Shown here: positions 27,039-35,760 of the stretch, one piece after another
How positions within the stretch are numbered: the first letter of the stretch is position 1
Layout of the letters: every line of letters begins with the position of its first letter
DNA from: a virus
Taxonomy: Duplodnaviria; Caudoviricetes
Strand: one strand, 5' to 3'
DNA: 50,305 nt
IMG/VR virus record: IMGVR_UViG_3300033388_003879
Span: 1 to 50,305 of that record
Notes under the pieces: generated by a model
The model's database searches: none
Told to the model about the DNA's origin: nothing
What the model saw: only the letters and a program-made list of their open reading frames with translations
Program-made: the position numbers and the translations under genes

Positions 27039-27188
27039 ATGAATAATTTAGAAATATATAATCTACTGGAAATTATTAAATCTAAAACTAAGGAAATAAA
27101 AGCTAATCCTGAAGTCTCTAGAAAACTATTGATAAACGCCGGAATATATAATACTGATGGAACTCTGACTGATAATTATTCCATATAA
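27039..27188 (+). CDS. 49-aa hypothetical protein
   Basis: Not in ORF track; AGGAGG RBS; SRKLLINAGIYNTDGTLT. Confidence 0.65.
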   Translation: MNNLEIYNLLEIIKSKTKEIKANPEVSRKLLINAGIYNTDGTLTDNYSI

Positions 27189-27232
27189 CTGAGAGGCTTT
27201 TTTTTTATTCCATCCTGATCTATAATTACAGC

Positions 27233-28312
27233 ATGGCAACATTCTACAGTCCAGTAGCAATTCAAGAGCACTTAATGAAATATCTCCCACGTCTAACCTC
27301 CCGATTTTCAGACAACGCAGCTGTCAGTGCTGAAATAGTCGCCGGTGATCCTCAAGTATTAAGAATTACAGATAATAGCCACGGCTTAGATGTTGACGAT
27401 CAAATAATTTTAGTTGACGGTTTAATTGATAATGTCATAACAAATGTAGTTGATAATAACGATGGATCATTCAGATTTACAACTGCTGAAGAACATGATT
27501 TAACTCAGGATTATACAACTGAAATTGAACTAGCCGGTTTTACAGATAGTCAATTTAACGGAAAATTCCCACTACTGGCAGTTCCCAGTCGTAATTTATT
27601 CGAAATAGAATTACCTTCCCTTCCAGCTTTAACCGGAGATCCGGTATTGAGAGAAGACAGAGAAATCGGAATAAACGGAAATTTTAAAATTACCACTATA
27701 ATAGACACAGATATTTATGAAATAGAGTTAACCGGAAAACCTTTCTTTACTCCTCAGACAATACCGATTTTAATAAGAGCAAAAGATTTTAATATTGATA
27801 TTGTCGCAAATGCGGAAAGGGCAACTGATAAATATCAGACAGATGGAGCCGGTAAAAACTGGATCTTTATTATAATGGGAGTTTCCAATATTTCAAAAGA
27901 TCAGGATATTACATCAGATGCAATTCAACAGAACGGGGCAGGAACTGAATCAAGGCCATTGAATATGAATAACTTTTCCTTAAATGTATATATCGATACA
28001 ACAAAAGATATCGGTGGAGCAGAGGCAATACAACTGGCATATGAGGAAATTTATCAGATATTACTTGCTGTGTGTTCTGGAATCAGGTTTGATGATTTCG
28101 GTGAATCAAGATATCTAACAACACTGATAAATCATGAGCTTGATTTATATAAGAAATCCTTTTATTCCCATATGTACACATTTGAATATAATTTTGAAAT
28201 TACTCAGGAAGAACAGTTCTTAACTAAATTTATTGAGTCCAGAAGATTTAATGATTCTGATTTAAGCTTTTCAGAACAACAGGACGGCTCAACTCAGGAT
28301 TTAGACGGTTAA
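27233..28312 (+). CDS. probable tail terminator/completion protein with inserted beta domains
   Basis: Position before sheath; HGL..D and FNG.F motifs. Confidence 0.55.
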   Translation: MATFYSPVAIQEHLMKYLPRLTSRFSDNAAVSAEIVAGDPQVLRITDNSHGLDVDDQIILVDGLIDNVITNVVDNNDGSFRFTTAEEHDLTQDYTTEIELAGFTDSQFNGKFPLLAVPSRNLFEIELPSLPALTGDPVLREDREIGINGNFKITTIIDTDIYEIELTGKPFFTPQTIPILIRAKDFNIDIVANAERATDKYQTDGAGKNWIFIIMGVSNISKDQDITSDAIQQNGAGTESRPLNMNNFSLNVYIDTTKDIGGAEAIQLAYEEIYQILLAVCSGIRFDDFGESRYLTTLINHELDLYKKSFYSHMYTFEYNFEITQEEQFLTKFIESRRFNDSDLSFSEQQDGSTQDLDG

Positions 28313-28374
28313 TATAGAACCTTGAAATATTTATTAAACGGTTATACAATTAAATTATTGATATAGGAGTCGTT

Positions 28375-28617
28375 ATGGCGAAGAAATACATAGTGATTAA
28401 GCCTTTCGGAAATCACAAAGAGGGCGACATACTGGAAGAGTCCAGAATTGTCCGCAGGAAATTGCAGGAGGGTGGCACTGTGGAAGAGTTGACAGACGAG
28501 CTTCTGAAGAAAAAAAAGACAGAAAAAGAAAAACGAAATAAGAAATTCCAGAAAATGCAGAAACCTGTGAAAAATAAAATGGAATTCGACGATTCAAAAA
28601 ATAAGGGAGATAAATAA
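28375..28617 (+). CDS. small pre-sheath protein (Mu gp38/DUF2635-like)
   Basis: Position; RRKLQEGG.V motif; promoter TTGAAA-17-TACAAT. Confidence 0.6.
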   Translation: MAKKYIVIKPFGNHKEGDILEESRIVRRKLQEGGTVEELTDELLKKKKTEKEKRNKKFQKMQKPVKNKMEFDDSKNKGDK

Positions 28618-30191
28618 TGGGTACAACTTCCCTACCTTCAGTTCAACAGCAATTACTTGCAGCAATAGCAGCAATAGCAGCTGAACCATTTAGAGTTATG
28701 ATTAATGGCCAGATCGGAGTCGGTGGAACCGCCGTATCCGGCCAGACATATAAAGAAGTCCAGGATTTGACAAATGATGAAGTTTTCACCTTATTCGGTG
28801 CAAACAGTTATCTGTCAAATACGATCCAGAAAAAAAGAGCTATCTGTAAGAAAAGATTTTCTATATGGGTAATCGCTCTTGATCCTGCCGCCGGGGATGC
28901 TGCAGAACTTGCTCTTACATACACCGGAACCGGTGCAACCGAAGCGAAAATAATGAAAGTTAAAGCGATTTCTGAAAAAGAATTCACTTTTAACATTTCT
29001 ATAGCTGTCGGGGATAGTGCTAATGATGTAGCTCTAGCAGTAGAAGCCGCTCTTGATGCATTACCTGCTTATTTCCCTGCTTCAAATGTTGTTGCCCTCG
29101 ATGTTGTAACTTTAACAGCCTCAGACCTCGGAACTCTCGGAAATAAATATACTGTTGTTCATGAAAATATTCCCGACGGAATAATTGTAAATGGGAACAT
29201 AACAGAAGATAGAGCGCAGTTTGCCGGTGGTGCAACTGATCCGGTTGTTACTGGAATATTCGATAATGTCCAGGCTACAAGATTTCATCAGATTTTATGG
29301 CCATGGGAATTAACTTTTTCAACTCCTAATGATTTTCTCAGTCCTAGAAACATTATTAATAATGCATTTCTACAGGGTGTTTGTTATATCGGGCTTGATG
29401 GAACAGAAGCAGAAATTAAAGCTGTTGTAAACGGTGTAACTCCATTAAATAGTTTAAATCTATTTTTCATGGGAAACAGGACAATATCCGGTGTATCTGG
29501 AATCATAGAACCGGCTGACTGGCGCGTGGCAGAGTTTGCAGCAATTGAAGGTCTAAGGCTCACCGATGGCGCATCTATTAGTCAGTATGTCACTGTAGAC
29601 GCTCCACTTGATAATGTCGGGGGATCTGCTCTTGCTTCTCTTGGTTATTATGCAACTCCTCTTGCAAATACTTCTCCTGTACCTCCTGATTTACTTTTCG
29701 ATGAACAGGAACAGAAGAATCTTAAGGCAGATGGTTACACAATAATCGGTGTAAATGAAAGCGCTGATAGTACTATCATGGGTGAAGTGGTAAGTACATA
29801 TAAAAAAGACGATGCCGGTAATGATGATCCTAGTTTTAAGTTTTTAAACTATATTAGAACTGGATGGTTAATACTTGAGATTTATTTCAGAACTGTTAAG
29901 ACATCGTATAAACAATTTAGATTGACTGAAGGTGCTTTAGTTCCCCGTCGTGCAATGGCTAACGCCGGAAGCGTAACAGGTAAATACTTAGGGATCTTTA
30001 AAGAACTAGGTGGACCTGATTTTGTATTAACTCAGGCGGGAGTTGCAGCTGAAAAGAGATTTTCCGATGCGCTTGTAGTAAATACTGATTTATCGGTTGG
30101 TAAAGTTTCCAGTTCTGGAGTATTACCGATAGTGACACAGACAAGAGAATTTGACATGGTATGGCAGATAGCCTTTACCATCGGAGGGTGA
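28617..30191 (+). CDS. tail sheath protein (Mu gpL-like)
   Basis: LFGANS, FAGGATDP, VSTYKKDDAGNDDPSF; 524 aa. Confidence 0.9.
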   Translation: MGTTSLPSVQQQLLAAIAAIAAEPFRVMINGQIGVGGTAVSGQTYKEVQDLTNDEVFTLFGANSYLSNTIQKKRAICKKRFSIWVIALDPAAGDAAELALTYTGTGATEAKIMKVKAISEKEFTFNISIAVGDSANDVALAVEAALDALPAYFPASNVVALDVVTLTASDLGTLGNKYTVVHENIPDGIIVNGNITEDRAQFAGGATDPVVTGIFDNVQATRFHQILWPWELTFSTPNDFLSPRNIINNAFLQGVCYIGLDGTEAEIKAVVNGVTPLNSLNLFFMGNRTISGVSGIIEPADWRVAEFAAIEGLRLTDGASISQYVTVDAPLDNVGGSALASLGYYATPLANTSPVPPDLLFDEQEQKNLKADGYTIIGVNESADSTIMGEVVSTYKKDDAGNDDPSFKFLNYIRTGWLILEIYFRTVKTSYKQFRLTEGALVPRRAMANAGSVTGKYLGIFKELGGPDFVLTQAGVAAEKRFSDALVVNTDLSVGKVSSSGVLPIVTQTREFDMVWQIAFTIGG

Positions 30192-30194
30192 TAA

Positions 30195-30575
30195 ATGAAG
30201 ACTAGAAGTGATCCAACTATAATTGTAAATGATATTCCTTACTCATATGTTCCTGGTTCATTAGAACACAATTTTGGACTGGGAGAAGAAACAGTGGATT
30301 CAGCGACCGGTGGAAATGGTGCCGTAGAAACGGTAGTGACTGTTAATGCAGAAACGAAAGTATCTGAAATTAAGTTCAAGATGAATACTACCGAAGAAAA
30401 TGAAGAGGCGTATAAGATCTGGAAATCTACTCCTGGGAAAAATACAGTAGTAGAGGAAGAGTCGGGATTAAAACCGATTACAGGAACTCAGATGACTTGT
30501 GTAAGTAACCCGAGTTGGGCAGTTGGACCAAGTGGTCAGGTTGAAATGCTGTTTAAAGGTGCTCCTTTAACGTAA
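30195..30575 (+). CDS. tail tube protein
   Basis: Follows sheath; 126 aa; GQVEMLFKG C-terminus. Confidence 0.8.
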   Translation: MKTRSDPTIIVNDIPYSYVPGSLEHNFGLGEETVDSATGGNGAVETVVTVNAETKVSEIKFKMNTTEENEEAYKIWKSTPGKNTVVEEESGLKPITGTQMTCVSNPSWAVGPSGQVEMLFKGAPLT

Positions 30576-30582
30576 ATTTTAT

Positions 30583-30604
30583 ACCGCCTTTCGGGGCGGT
30601 TTTT
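30583..30604 (+). terminator. intrinsic terminator
   Basis: ACCGCCT-TTCG-GGGCGGT plus TTTT. Confidence 0.85.
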
Positions 30605-30644
30605 GCTTCATGCTGGATCGAACAATCTAAAGTGAGGTGATTAT

Positions 30645-30890
30645 ATGGCTACTTCAATGGTGCCAGTTCCTGCGAAAGCATGGACAGAGGTGTCTGATGT
30701 TACAGTTAAATTCCAGATACCGGAGCAGAACTCAGCATATATAGTTGAAGCTGCAAGCATTCCATCCGATTTGAGTATCAGAGTTAAAGCACACCCAGGG
30801 AAAATATATACTTTTAATCAAATCGGCACTGATAAACTCTATATCTATAGCGATTCCGCAATAAAAGTTGCTAAATGGCCGGTGGCATAA
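30645..30890 (+). CDS. small beta-rich, possibly virion protein
   Basis: GAGGTG RBS; composition. Confidence 0.6.
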   Translation: MATSMVPVPAKAWTEVSDVTVKFQIPEQNSAYIVEAASIPSDLSIRVKAHPGKIYTFNQIGTDKLYIYSDSAIKVAKWPVA

Positions 30891-31385
30891 ATGAGCATTT
30901 CAGAAGACAGCGCGGGTGTATCTACTGCTGAATTAGAGTTAAGACTCGGAGCCTATGGAGAATACGGCGAATTGTTCATTCAGGATTCAGACGGTTATTC
31001 AAAATCAATCCCAGCTACTGACTGGACAATAATTGACGATATGAATGATGGTATTTTCGGTGGCTCGGTCGCACTAGATGGGGCAACCGGGAAAATGACT
31101 TTTAATAAAAAGGGAGTTTACCGAGGGATCTTTTCTACTTCATTCGGTCTGAATAACGGTGCTGTAGTACGTGGCGGTGTCTTTATTAACGGCGTTCTAT
31201 CTGACAAATCAGAGTTTACAAGAACAATAGCAAATCCGAACGATTTCGGAGCTGCTACTATCACAAGTATGTCCGACATTGTTGTTGGAGTCCTCCCGGT
31301 AGTGGTAGAATTTAAAGTTTTTTTTGACACTGCCAGAACAATATCTATCGAAAACATGAACATCAATATTGCGGGGATCTCATGA
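30891..31385 (+). CDS. beta-sandwich protein (C1q/BclA C-terminal-like)
   Basis: GKMTFNKKGVYRGIFS pattern. Confidence 0.55.
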   Translation: MSISEDSAGVSTAELELRLGAYGEYGELFIQDSDGYSKSIPATDWTIIDDMNDGIFGGSVALDGATGKMTFNKKGVYRGIFSTSFGLNNGAVVRGGVFINGVLSDKSEFTRTIANPNDFGAATITSMSDIVVGVLPVVVEFKVFFDTARTISIENMNINIAGIS

Positions 31386-31942
31386 TAACAGATACTGAAG
31401 GGCTTGCTAGAAGTATTCTAGGTGGTATCATAACTCAGAATACTGCAAATTATCTTATAGAAAAGGGGTTAATGTATTCTATTAGAATAGTAAAAACTAT
31501 TCCGGCAGGTTTGTCGAATATTATTTTTGACTCTTCGGCAATACCAATATACCCATTGCCAGGGTCTAAATTCGTAGTAATCCAGCCTCCATCGTTCACA
31601 GCAGTTGGTGGAGACCAAGTTATAATTTCACTCTTTAATGGCAGCACTTATACCCTAGGAACAATAGAAAGTGCGGTTAATAGAGACGAAGAATCTGGAG
31701 CAAATAATGATTCTTTTATTGTTTCTTTCCCTGCGACAGTGCCGGTTGCCGGAGTTGATACAGGTATTAAATTTTTAATACCATCAGCAGCTCAAGGGAA
31801 TGTTACAGCTGGGGGAACTGCATCGTCTCCTTTCCCATTTGTATCTATCCCTGGAATAAAACGGTTTGAAATAAATAATACAGGGCTTACGGCTCAGTAT
31901 CTGGAACTTGTATTTACATGGGTAGAAATACCTAGATCATAA
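31382..31942 (+). CDS. beta-rich hypothetical protein
   Basis: ATGA overlap; ends LVFTWVE. Confidence 0.6.
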   Translation: MITDTEGLARSILGGIITQNTANYLIEKGLMYSIRIVKTIPAGLSNIIFDSSAIPIYPLPGSKFVVIQPPSFTAVGGDQVIISLFNGSTYTLGTIESAVNRDEESGANNDSFIVSFPATVPVAGVDTGIKFLIPSAAQGNVTAGGTASSPFPFVSIPGIKRFEINNTGLTAQYLELVFTWVEIPRS

Positions 31943-31962
31943 AAAACAAATAAGGAAGAACA

Positions 31963-32301
31963 ATGAAAAAATTACTCATGAAAATTAAAAGCTACATATC
32001 TATATTGATATTAGTAAACGTATTGGTTAAATCATTCAAGAAAGGAATTAAAGCCGTATTACTCAGAGAAGAAAAAGAACCGGGATATCTGGCACAAAAT
32101 CAATTTGAGTCTTGTATGGATCGAGCGAAAGCAATCATCATGGAGGCTATAAATAAACCTCTCCATATTTTAGCATTAGCTATAGCTTTACATCGGGAAA
32201 AGTTCCACAAAGAATCTCATCTTAAAGAAAAAGCAGATTTAAGTAGGCAAATGACTGCAAAAGAGGTTAAGATAAGTGCAAGGGGTTTCTGGAACCTCTA
32301 A
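31963..32301 (+). CDS. hypothetical protein with N-terminal hydrophobic segment
   Basis: AAGGAAG RBS. Confidence 0.6.
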   Translation: MKKLLMKIKSYISILILVNVLVKSFKKGIKAVLLREEKEPGYLAQNQFESCMDRAKAIIMEAINKPLHILALAIALHREKFHKESHLKEKADLSRQMTAKEVKISARGFWNL

Positions 32302-32315
32302 TTAAAGGGGTTGAG

Positions 32316-32996
32316 ATGAGGATCGAACAAAAACTCGCAATTCCATTGTTTTTAATATCGGTGGGAAATCTTATTAAAGTATTATCAAAGGCATACCCTC
32401 TATGGTATATATCAATATGGGTTTTGCCTTTTTTGGTTATAGCTATAATTCTTGCAGCTATAAAGATAAAAATAAACTACAGAATTTTATCTATCTTCCT
32501 GCTGTTTTTATCTTTTTTCTCTATAGCGTATTCAGAAAAAGATTCAATGGAAGGAATATTTTATTTATTTTATTCCTTGTATATTTCAACTAAGAATAAA
32601 AGAACATATCTTATTTATGGGATAATGTCATCTATAGCAGTGATGCTGAGATTTTATATTTTAAACATGGGATCATCTTCTACTATAAATTACATTGCTG
32701 GTGGCTTATTTATCTCTTTATTCTACTTCCATTTTATACACCCAAAACCAAAATCTAAAACTCTCTACAGAAACCCAGATAAAGTACCTTACGTAGTCGT
32801 GGACATCATGGAACTAAGAATAAAAGGATTCAGGAATAAAGAAATACCAGACAAATTAGGCATAAAATTAACAGAAGCCGGTGTAGGTCAAAAACTAAAG
32901 CGGTGTCGTGATGATCTCGGCATTGCAAGTAACGAAAAATTGGCCTTATACTTAGATAAGAATAATTATATATGTTTAGATAATGACAAATATTAA
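32316..32996 (+). CDS. multi-TM membrane protein with C-terminal LuxR-like HTH
   Basis: 5-6 hydrophobic segments; IMELRIKGFRNKEIPDKLGI...VGQKLKRCRDDLGI. Confidence 0.7.
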   Translation: MRIEQKLAIPLFLISVGNLIKVLSKAYPLWYISIWVLPFLVIAIILAAIKIKINYRILSIFLLFLSFFSIAYSEKDSMEGIFYLFYSLYISTKNKRTYLIYGIMSSIAVMLRFYILNMGSSSTINYIAGGLFISLFYFHFIHPKPKSKTLYRNPDKVPYVVVDIMELRIKGFRNKEIPDKLGIKLTEAGVGQKLKRCRDDLGIASNEKLALYLDKNNYICLDNDKY

Positions 32997-33037
32997 TTTA
33001 TAGCTAATTTCATGCTAGATTACAGACGTTCGATCCT

Positions 33038-33079
33038 TCCGGTCAGTCTGTACTTTGTGCAACTGGCCGGATTTTTTTT
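33038..33079 (+). terminator. terminator/attenuator before lysis genes
   Basis: TCCGGTCAGT/ACTGGCCGGA plus T8. Confidence 0.8.
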
Positions 33080-33103
33080 GGTCTAAAAGGATTGAACAAC
33101 TAT

Positions 33104-33571
33104 ATGGCTAAAGGGAAAAATATGGATTCTGAAACTAGAACCGCTCTTGATACTATAGAAGGAAAACTGGAAAATCTCATTAGGAGTCTGATCGATAATG
33201 GATTTAAGGGAGTTAAGGGGATAATTACAGAGTTATTCAATAAAGACATTGACCATATAAATGAACACCTTACGAGACTTGATAAATACTCTGAAGAGCA
33301 TTACAAGGAAGATAAAAAAATATGGAAAGAAATTGATCTTCTTAGGGCTTCGATGCCCACTGAAATAGACAGAAAACTAAAACCCCTTATTGATGATATT
33401 GAAATGTTGAAAGAAAAACAGATTACAGCTTTTGTATCCCACGAAACAGAGGATAAAATCGAAGATAAGCAGGATAGAAAAAAAGAATTATCATATGGAA
33501 AAGTTGGAGCACTTGTGGCTATTGCCTCTCTTATTAGCGGGGGAATTGTATTTTTAATTAATTATATTTAA
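33104..33571 (+). CDS. coiled-coil protein with C-terminal TM (lysis-associated)
   Basis: Precedes endolysin; C-terminal hydrophobic helix; start uncertain. Confidence 0.6.
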   Translation: MAKGKNMDSETRTALDTIEGKLENLIRSLIDNGFKGVKGIITELFNKDIDHINEHLTRLDKYSEEHYKEDKKIWKEIDLLRASMPTEIDRKLKPLIDDIEMLKEKQITAFVSHETEDKIEDKQDRKKELSYGKVGALVAIASLISGGIVFLINYI

Positions 33572-33592
33572 TATTTGCAAAGGAATCGAACA

Positions 33593-34219
33593 ATGAAAGT
33601 GCAAAGAAAGTATTTTGAGAGATCGGAAAAACGATTACTAAGAGAAATTAAAGCAATTGTCATTCACTGGCCTGGACCCAAAAAAACAATTGACGGGTAC
33701 AGGACGCAAGATATTAATTATCTATGGAAATGGATGAATACCGGTACTGAAAATTCCTATCATTTCTTAGTTTCTCAAGACAAAATTATTCAATGCAGAC
33801 ATACCAGCTATAGAGCAATTCATTGTGGCCATGTTTCATACAGAAAAAAAGCAAAAGATTTTTTCGGCGGCAATATTTGTTCTCCTAATGATTCCCCGAA
33901 TAATTATACTATTGCTGTCTGTATGCTCCATGATTTTGAAACCGGTGGGTATGATACTAAAACTATTAATACTTCAGTTGATCTACTGGCTCACTTGTGT
34001 ATTGATAATAATCTATCACCTGAAACTGATTTATTGAGACATTCGGATATTACTAATGAAAAGAAAGTACCTTGTCCTTTAGGATTCTTCGAAGATGACG
34101 ACGATCCAGATGATTTATGGAATTCTTTTAAAAGTTGGGTAGCTGCGAAGATAACACAGATATATCGGGATATTGGTATAGTGGAAAATAAATTTGATAA
34201 AGGACATATGGAGAGGTGA
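33593..34219 (+). CDS. endolysin, N-acetylmuramoyl-L-alanine amidase (Amidase_2, T7-like)
   Basis: IVIHW, SYHF, AIHCG, IAVC, RHSD...KVPCP. Confidence 0.9.
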   Translation: MKVQRKYFERSEKRLLREIKAIVIHWPGPKKTIDGYRTQDINYLWKWMNTGTENSYHFLVSQDKIIQCRHTSYRAIHCGHVSYRKKAKDFFGGNICSPNDSPNNYTIAVCMLHDFETGGYDTKTINTSVDLLAHLCIDNNLSPETDLLRHSDITNEKKVPCPLGFFEDDDDPDDLWNSFKSWVAAKITQIYRDIGIVENKFDKGHMER

Positions 34220-34222
34220 AAT

Positions 34223-34390
34223 ATGAATGGTAGAAAGGTTCCATGGACACATTCAAGAGCTATTGCTTTTATGTATCAAAATGTTCCATCAAATAGATGT
34301 ATGCCATATCTGAAAAGACAGGCATCAAAAGAGAGTCGAAGATATCTTAAAAACGAGCTTAGAAAAGAACTTATCAATTTAGAGGAGTAA
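34223..34390 (+). CDS. 55-aa basic hypothetical protein
   Basis: Not in ORF track; GAGGTG RBS. Confidence 0.55.
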   Translation: MNGRKVPWTHSRAIAFMYQNVPSNRCMPYLKRQASKESRRYLKNELRKELINLEE

Positions 34391-34393
34391 TTT

Positions 34394-34621
34394 ATGTCAA
34401 AATTATTAGAAGATAAAGATGGAAATCCTTCAAGCAAAAGAGTAGCAGGATTTGTAACTCTTGGAATGGGTATTTTTATGTTAGCTATGGGTGGCTTTAT
34501 ATCGATGAAGTGGGAGCTTAAAGACTCATTGACATTTATAGAGGTTGGTAAAGTTTTGTGTTTGACTGGTGGCGGTTTACTCGGTATCGGCGTAGCTGAA
34601 TTTTTTGGTAAAAAATCATGA
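34394..34621 (+). CDS. holin (2 TM)
   Basis: GNPSSKRV followed by two TM helices; in lysis cassette. Confidence 0.65.
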   Translation: MSKLLEDKDGNPSSKRVAGFVTLGMGIFMLAMGGFISMKWELKDSLTFIEVGKVLCLTGGGLLGIGVAEFFGKKS

Positions 34622-34935
34622 CAACATTTGTGATAATCTTAATATCTATTGCAGTTGCCGGAGTCGGTGGTGGTATCATATACCTTAAACGCCGTCTGAA
34701 AAAAGGTGATATCGGTATTGCTGAATCAAAAACTCTCAAGAAACAAAAAAAGAAAACAGCCGAAGTCGAGAATAAAAAAAATAGAATCAGGGAGAAACAC
34801 GATGAAATCGAAAATAATATTATTAACGATCCTGGTAATGATCATGGTGTCATGCCAGTCAATACCAAAAGAAAGCATAATCATACCCATGGTCGTCCCT
34901 GTGGAGTCAGCTGCCCTTCTTACAGTGATGATTGA
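34618..34935 (+). CDS. i-spanin (Rz-like)
   Basis: N-terminal TM, coiled coil, C-terminal Cys. Confidence 0.6.
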   Translation: MTTFVIILISIAVAGVGGGIIYLKRRLKKGDIGIAESKTLKKQKKKTAEVENKKNRIREKHDEIENNIINDPGNDHGVMPVNTKRKHNHTHGRPCGVSCPSYSDD

Positions 34936-35056
34936 AGACGAATATACAGATGGTGTATTTCTTTTGATTAATGAATGGGGGAAAGTGAAAATCAATTACT
35001 CTCGTTATCAGAAAGAAATTGATTTACTTAGAGCTGAATTGGAAAAGTTTGAATAG
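34802..35056 (+). CDS. o-spanin lipoprotein (Rz1-like), overlapping in another frame
   Basis: GGGAGA RBS; MKSKIILLTILVMIMVSC lipobox. Confidence 0.7.
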   Translation: MKSKIILLTILVMIMVSCQSIPKESIIIPMVVPVESAALLTVMIEDEYTDGVFLLINEWGKVKINYSRYQKEIDLLRAELEKFE

Positions 35057-35063
35057 ATAAATC

Positions 35064-35121
35064 ACTTCCTGCCATCGGAGTGAGACCGCACGTATTACAA
35101 GGATACATGGCGGGAAGTTTT
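35064..35121 (+). terminator. branched terminator hairpin
   Basis: ACTTCCTGCCAT/ATGGCGGGAAGT plus TTT, with two internal hairpins. Confidence 0.65.
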
Positions 35122-35160
35122 ATATTTGACATACTATGATAAATAAGCTATATTTCTATT

Positions 35161-35257
35161 GAAGCAAGTCAACAGCAATTCCCGTTCTGGGAAACTTTTC
35201 ATTTGCCTCGAATTTAATCTACTAGCTACCGTTGGCCTCTCTTCGGTAGCTTTTTTT
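35161..35257 (+). ncRNA. small RNA with anti-RBS loop
   Basis: TTGACA(35126)-17-TATATT promoter; AGCTACCG/CGGTAGCT plus T-run terminator; no plus-strand ORF. Confidence 0.7.
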
Positions 35258-35318
35258 ATTGTATTTTTATTCATGGTATGTTAAAGTAATAGTAAGATTA
35301 AATTAAGAGAGGTGAAGA

Positions 35319-35759
35319 ATGATAATAGTTGATATTGACGGAACGATTGCAAAAGTAGGCGATAGATTGAAATATTTACAACAGTCTCCGAAAGACTGGG
35401 ATTCATTTTATGCTTCATCTTTTGACGATGAGCCAATAAAAGATATAATTGATTTAGTCGTTTGCTTATTCAATAAAGGGCATTCAATCGTCTTCTGTAC
35501 CGGTCGCCGTGAAAGTTGCAAATACGACACTATAGAATGGATTAAAAAGCATTTTCCTGTTCATTTTACCTATCATAAATTATTAATGAGACCGAACAAC
35601 GATTACAGGCATGATACAGAAACAAAAATAGAAGCCTGTTCCAATGCTGGAATAATGCTACAGGATATAAAAATGGTTTTAGAAGACAGGAATTCTATGG
35701 TTGAAAAATGGCGTTCGCTAGGAGTTCGATGTCTTCAAGTTGCCGATGGAGATTTTTAA
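35319..35759 (+). CDS. HAD-family phosphatase (polynucleotide kinase phosphatase domain-like)
   Basis: VDIDGT, CTGR, LLMRP..D.RHD...K, EDR. Confidence 0.9.
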   Translation: MIIVDIDGTIAKVGDRLKYLQQSPKDWDSFYASSFDDEPIKDIIDLVVCLFNKGHSIVFCTGRRESCKYDTIEWIKKHFPVHFTYHKLLMRPNNDYRHDTETKIEACSNAGIMLQDIKMVLEDRNSMVEKWRSLGVRCLQVADGDF

Positions 35760-35760
35760 A

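Noticed and set aside
33028-33036. GTTCGATCC tRNA T-loop or attP-like fragment
   Set aside because: No T-stem or acceptor stem; no tRNA gene recognised in the window
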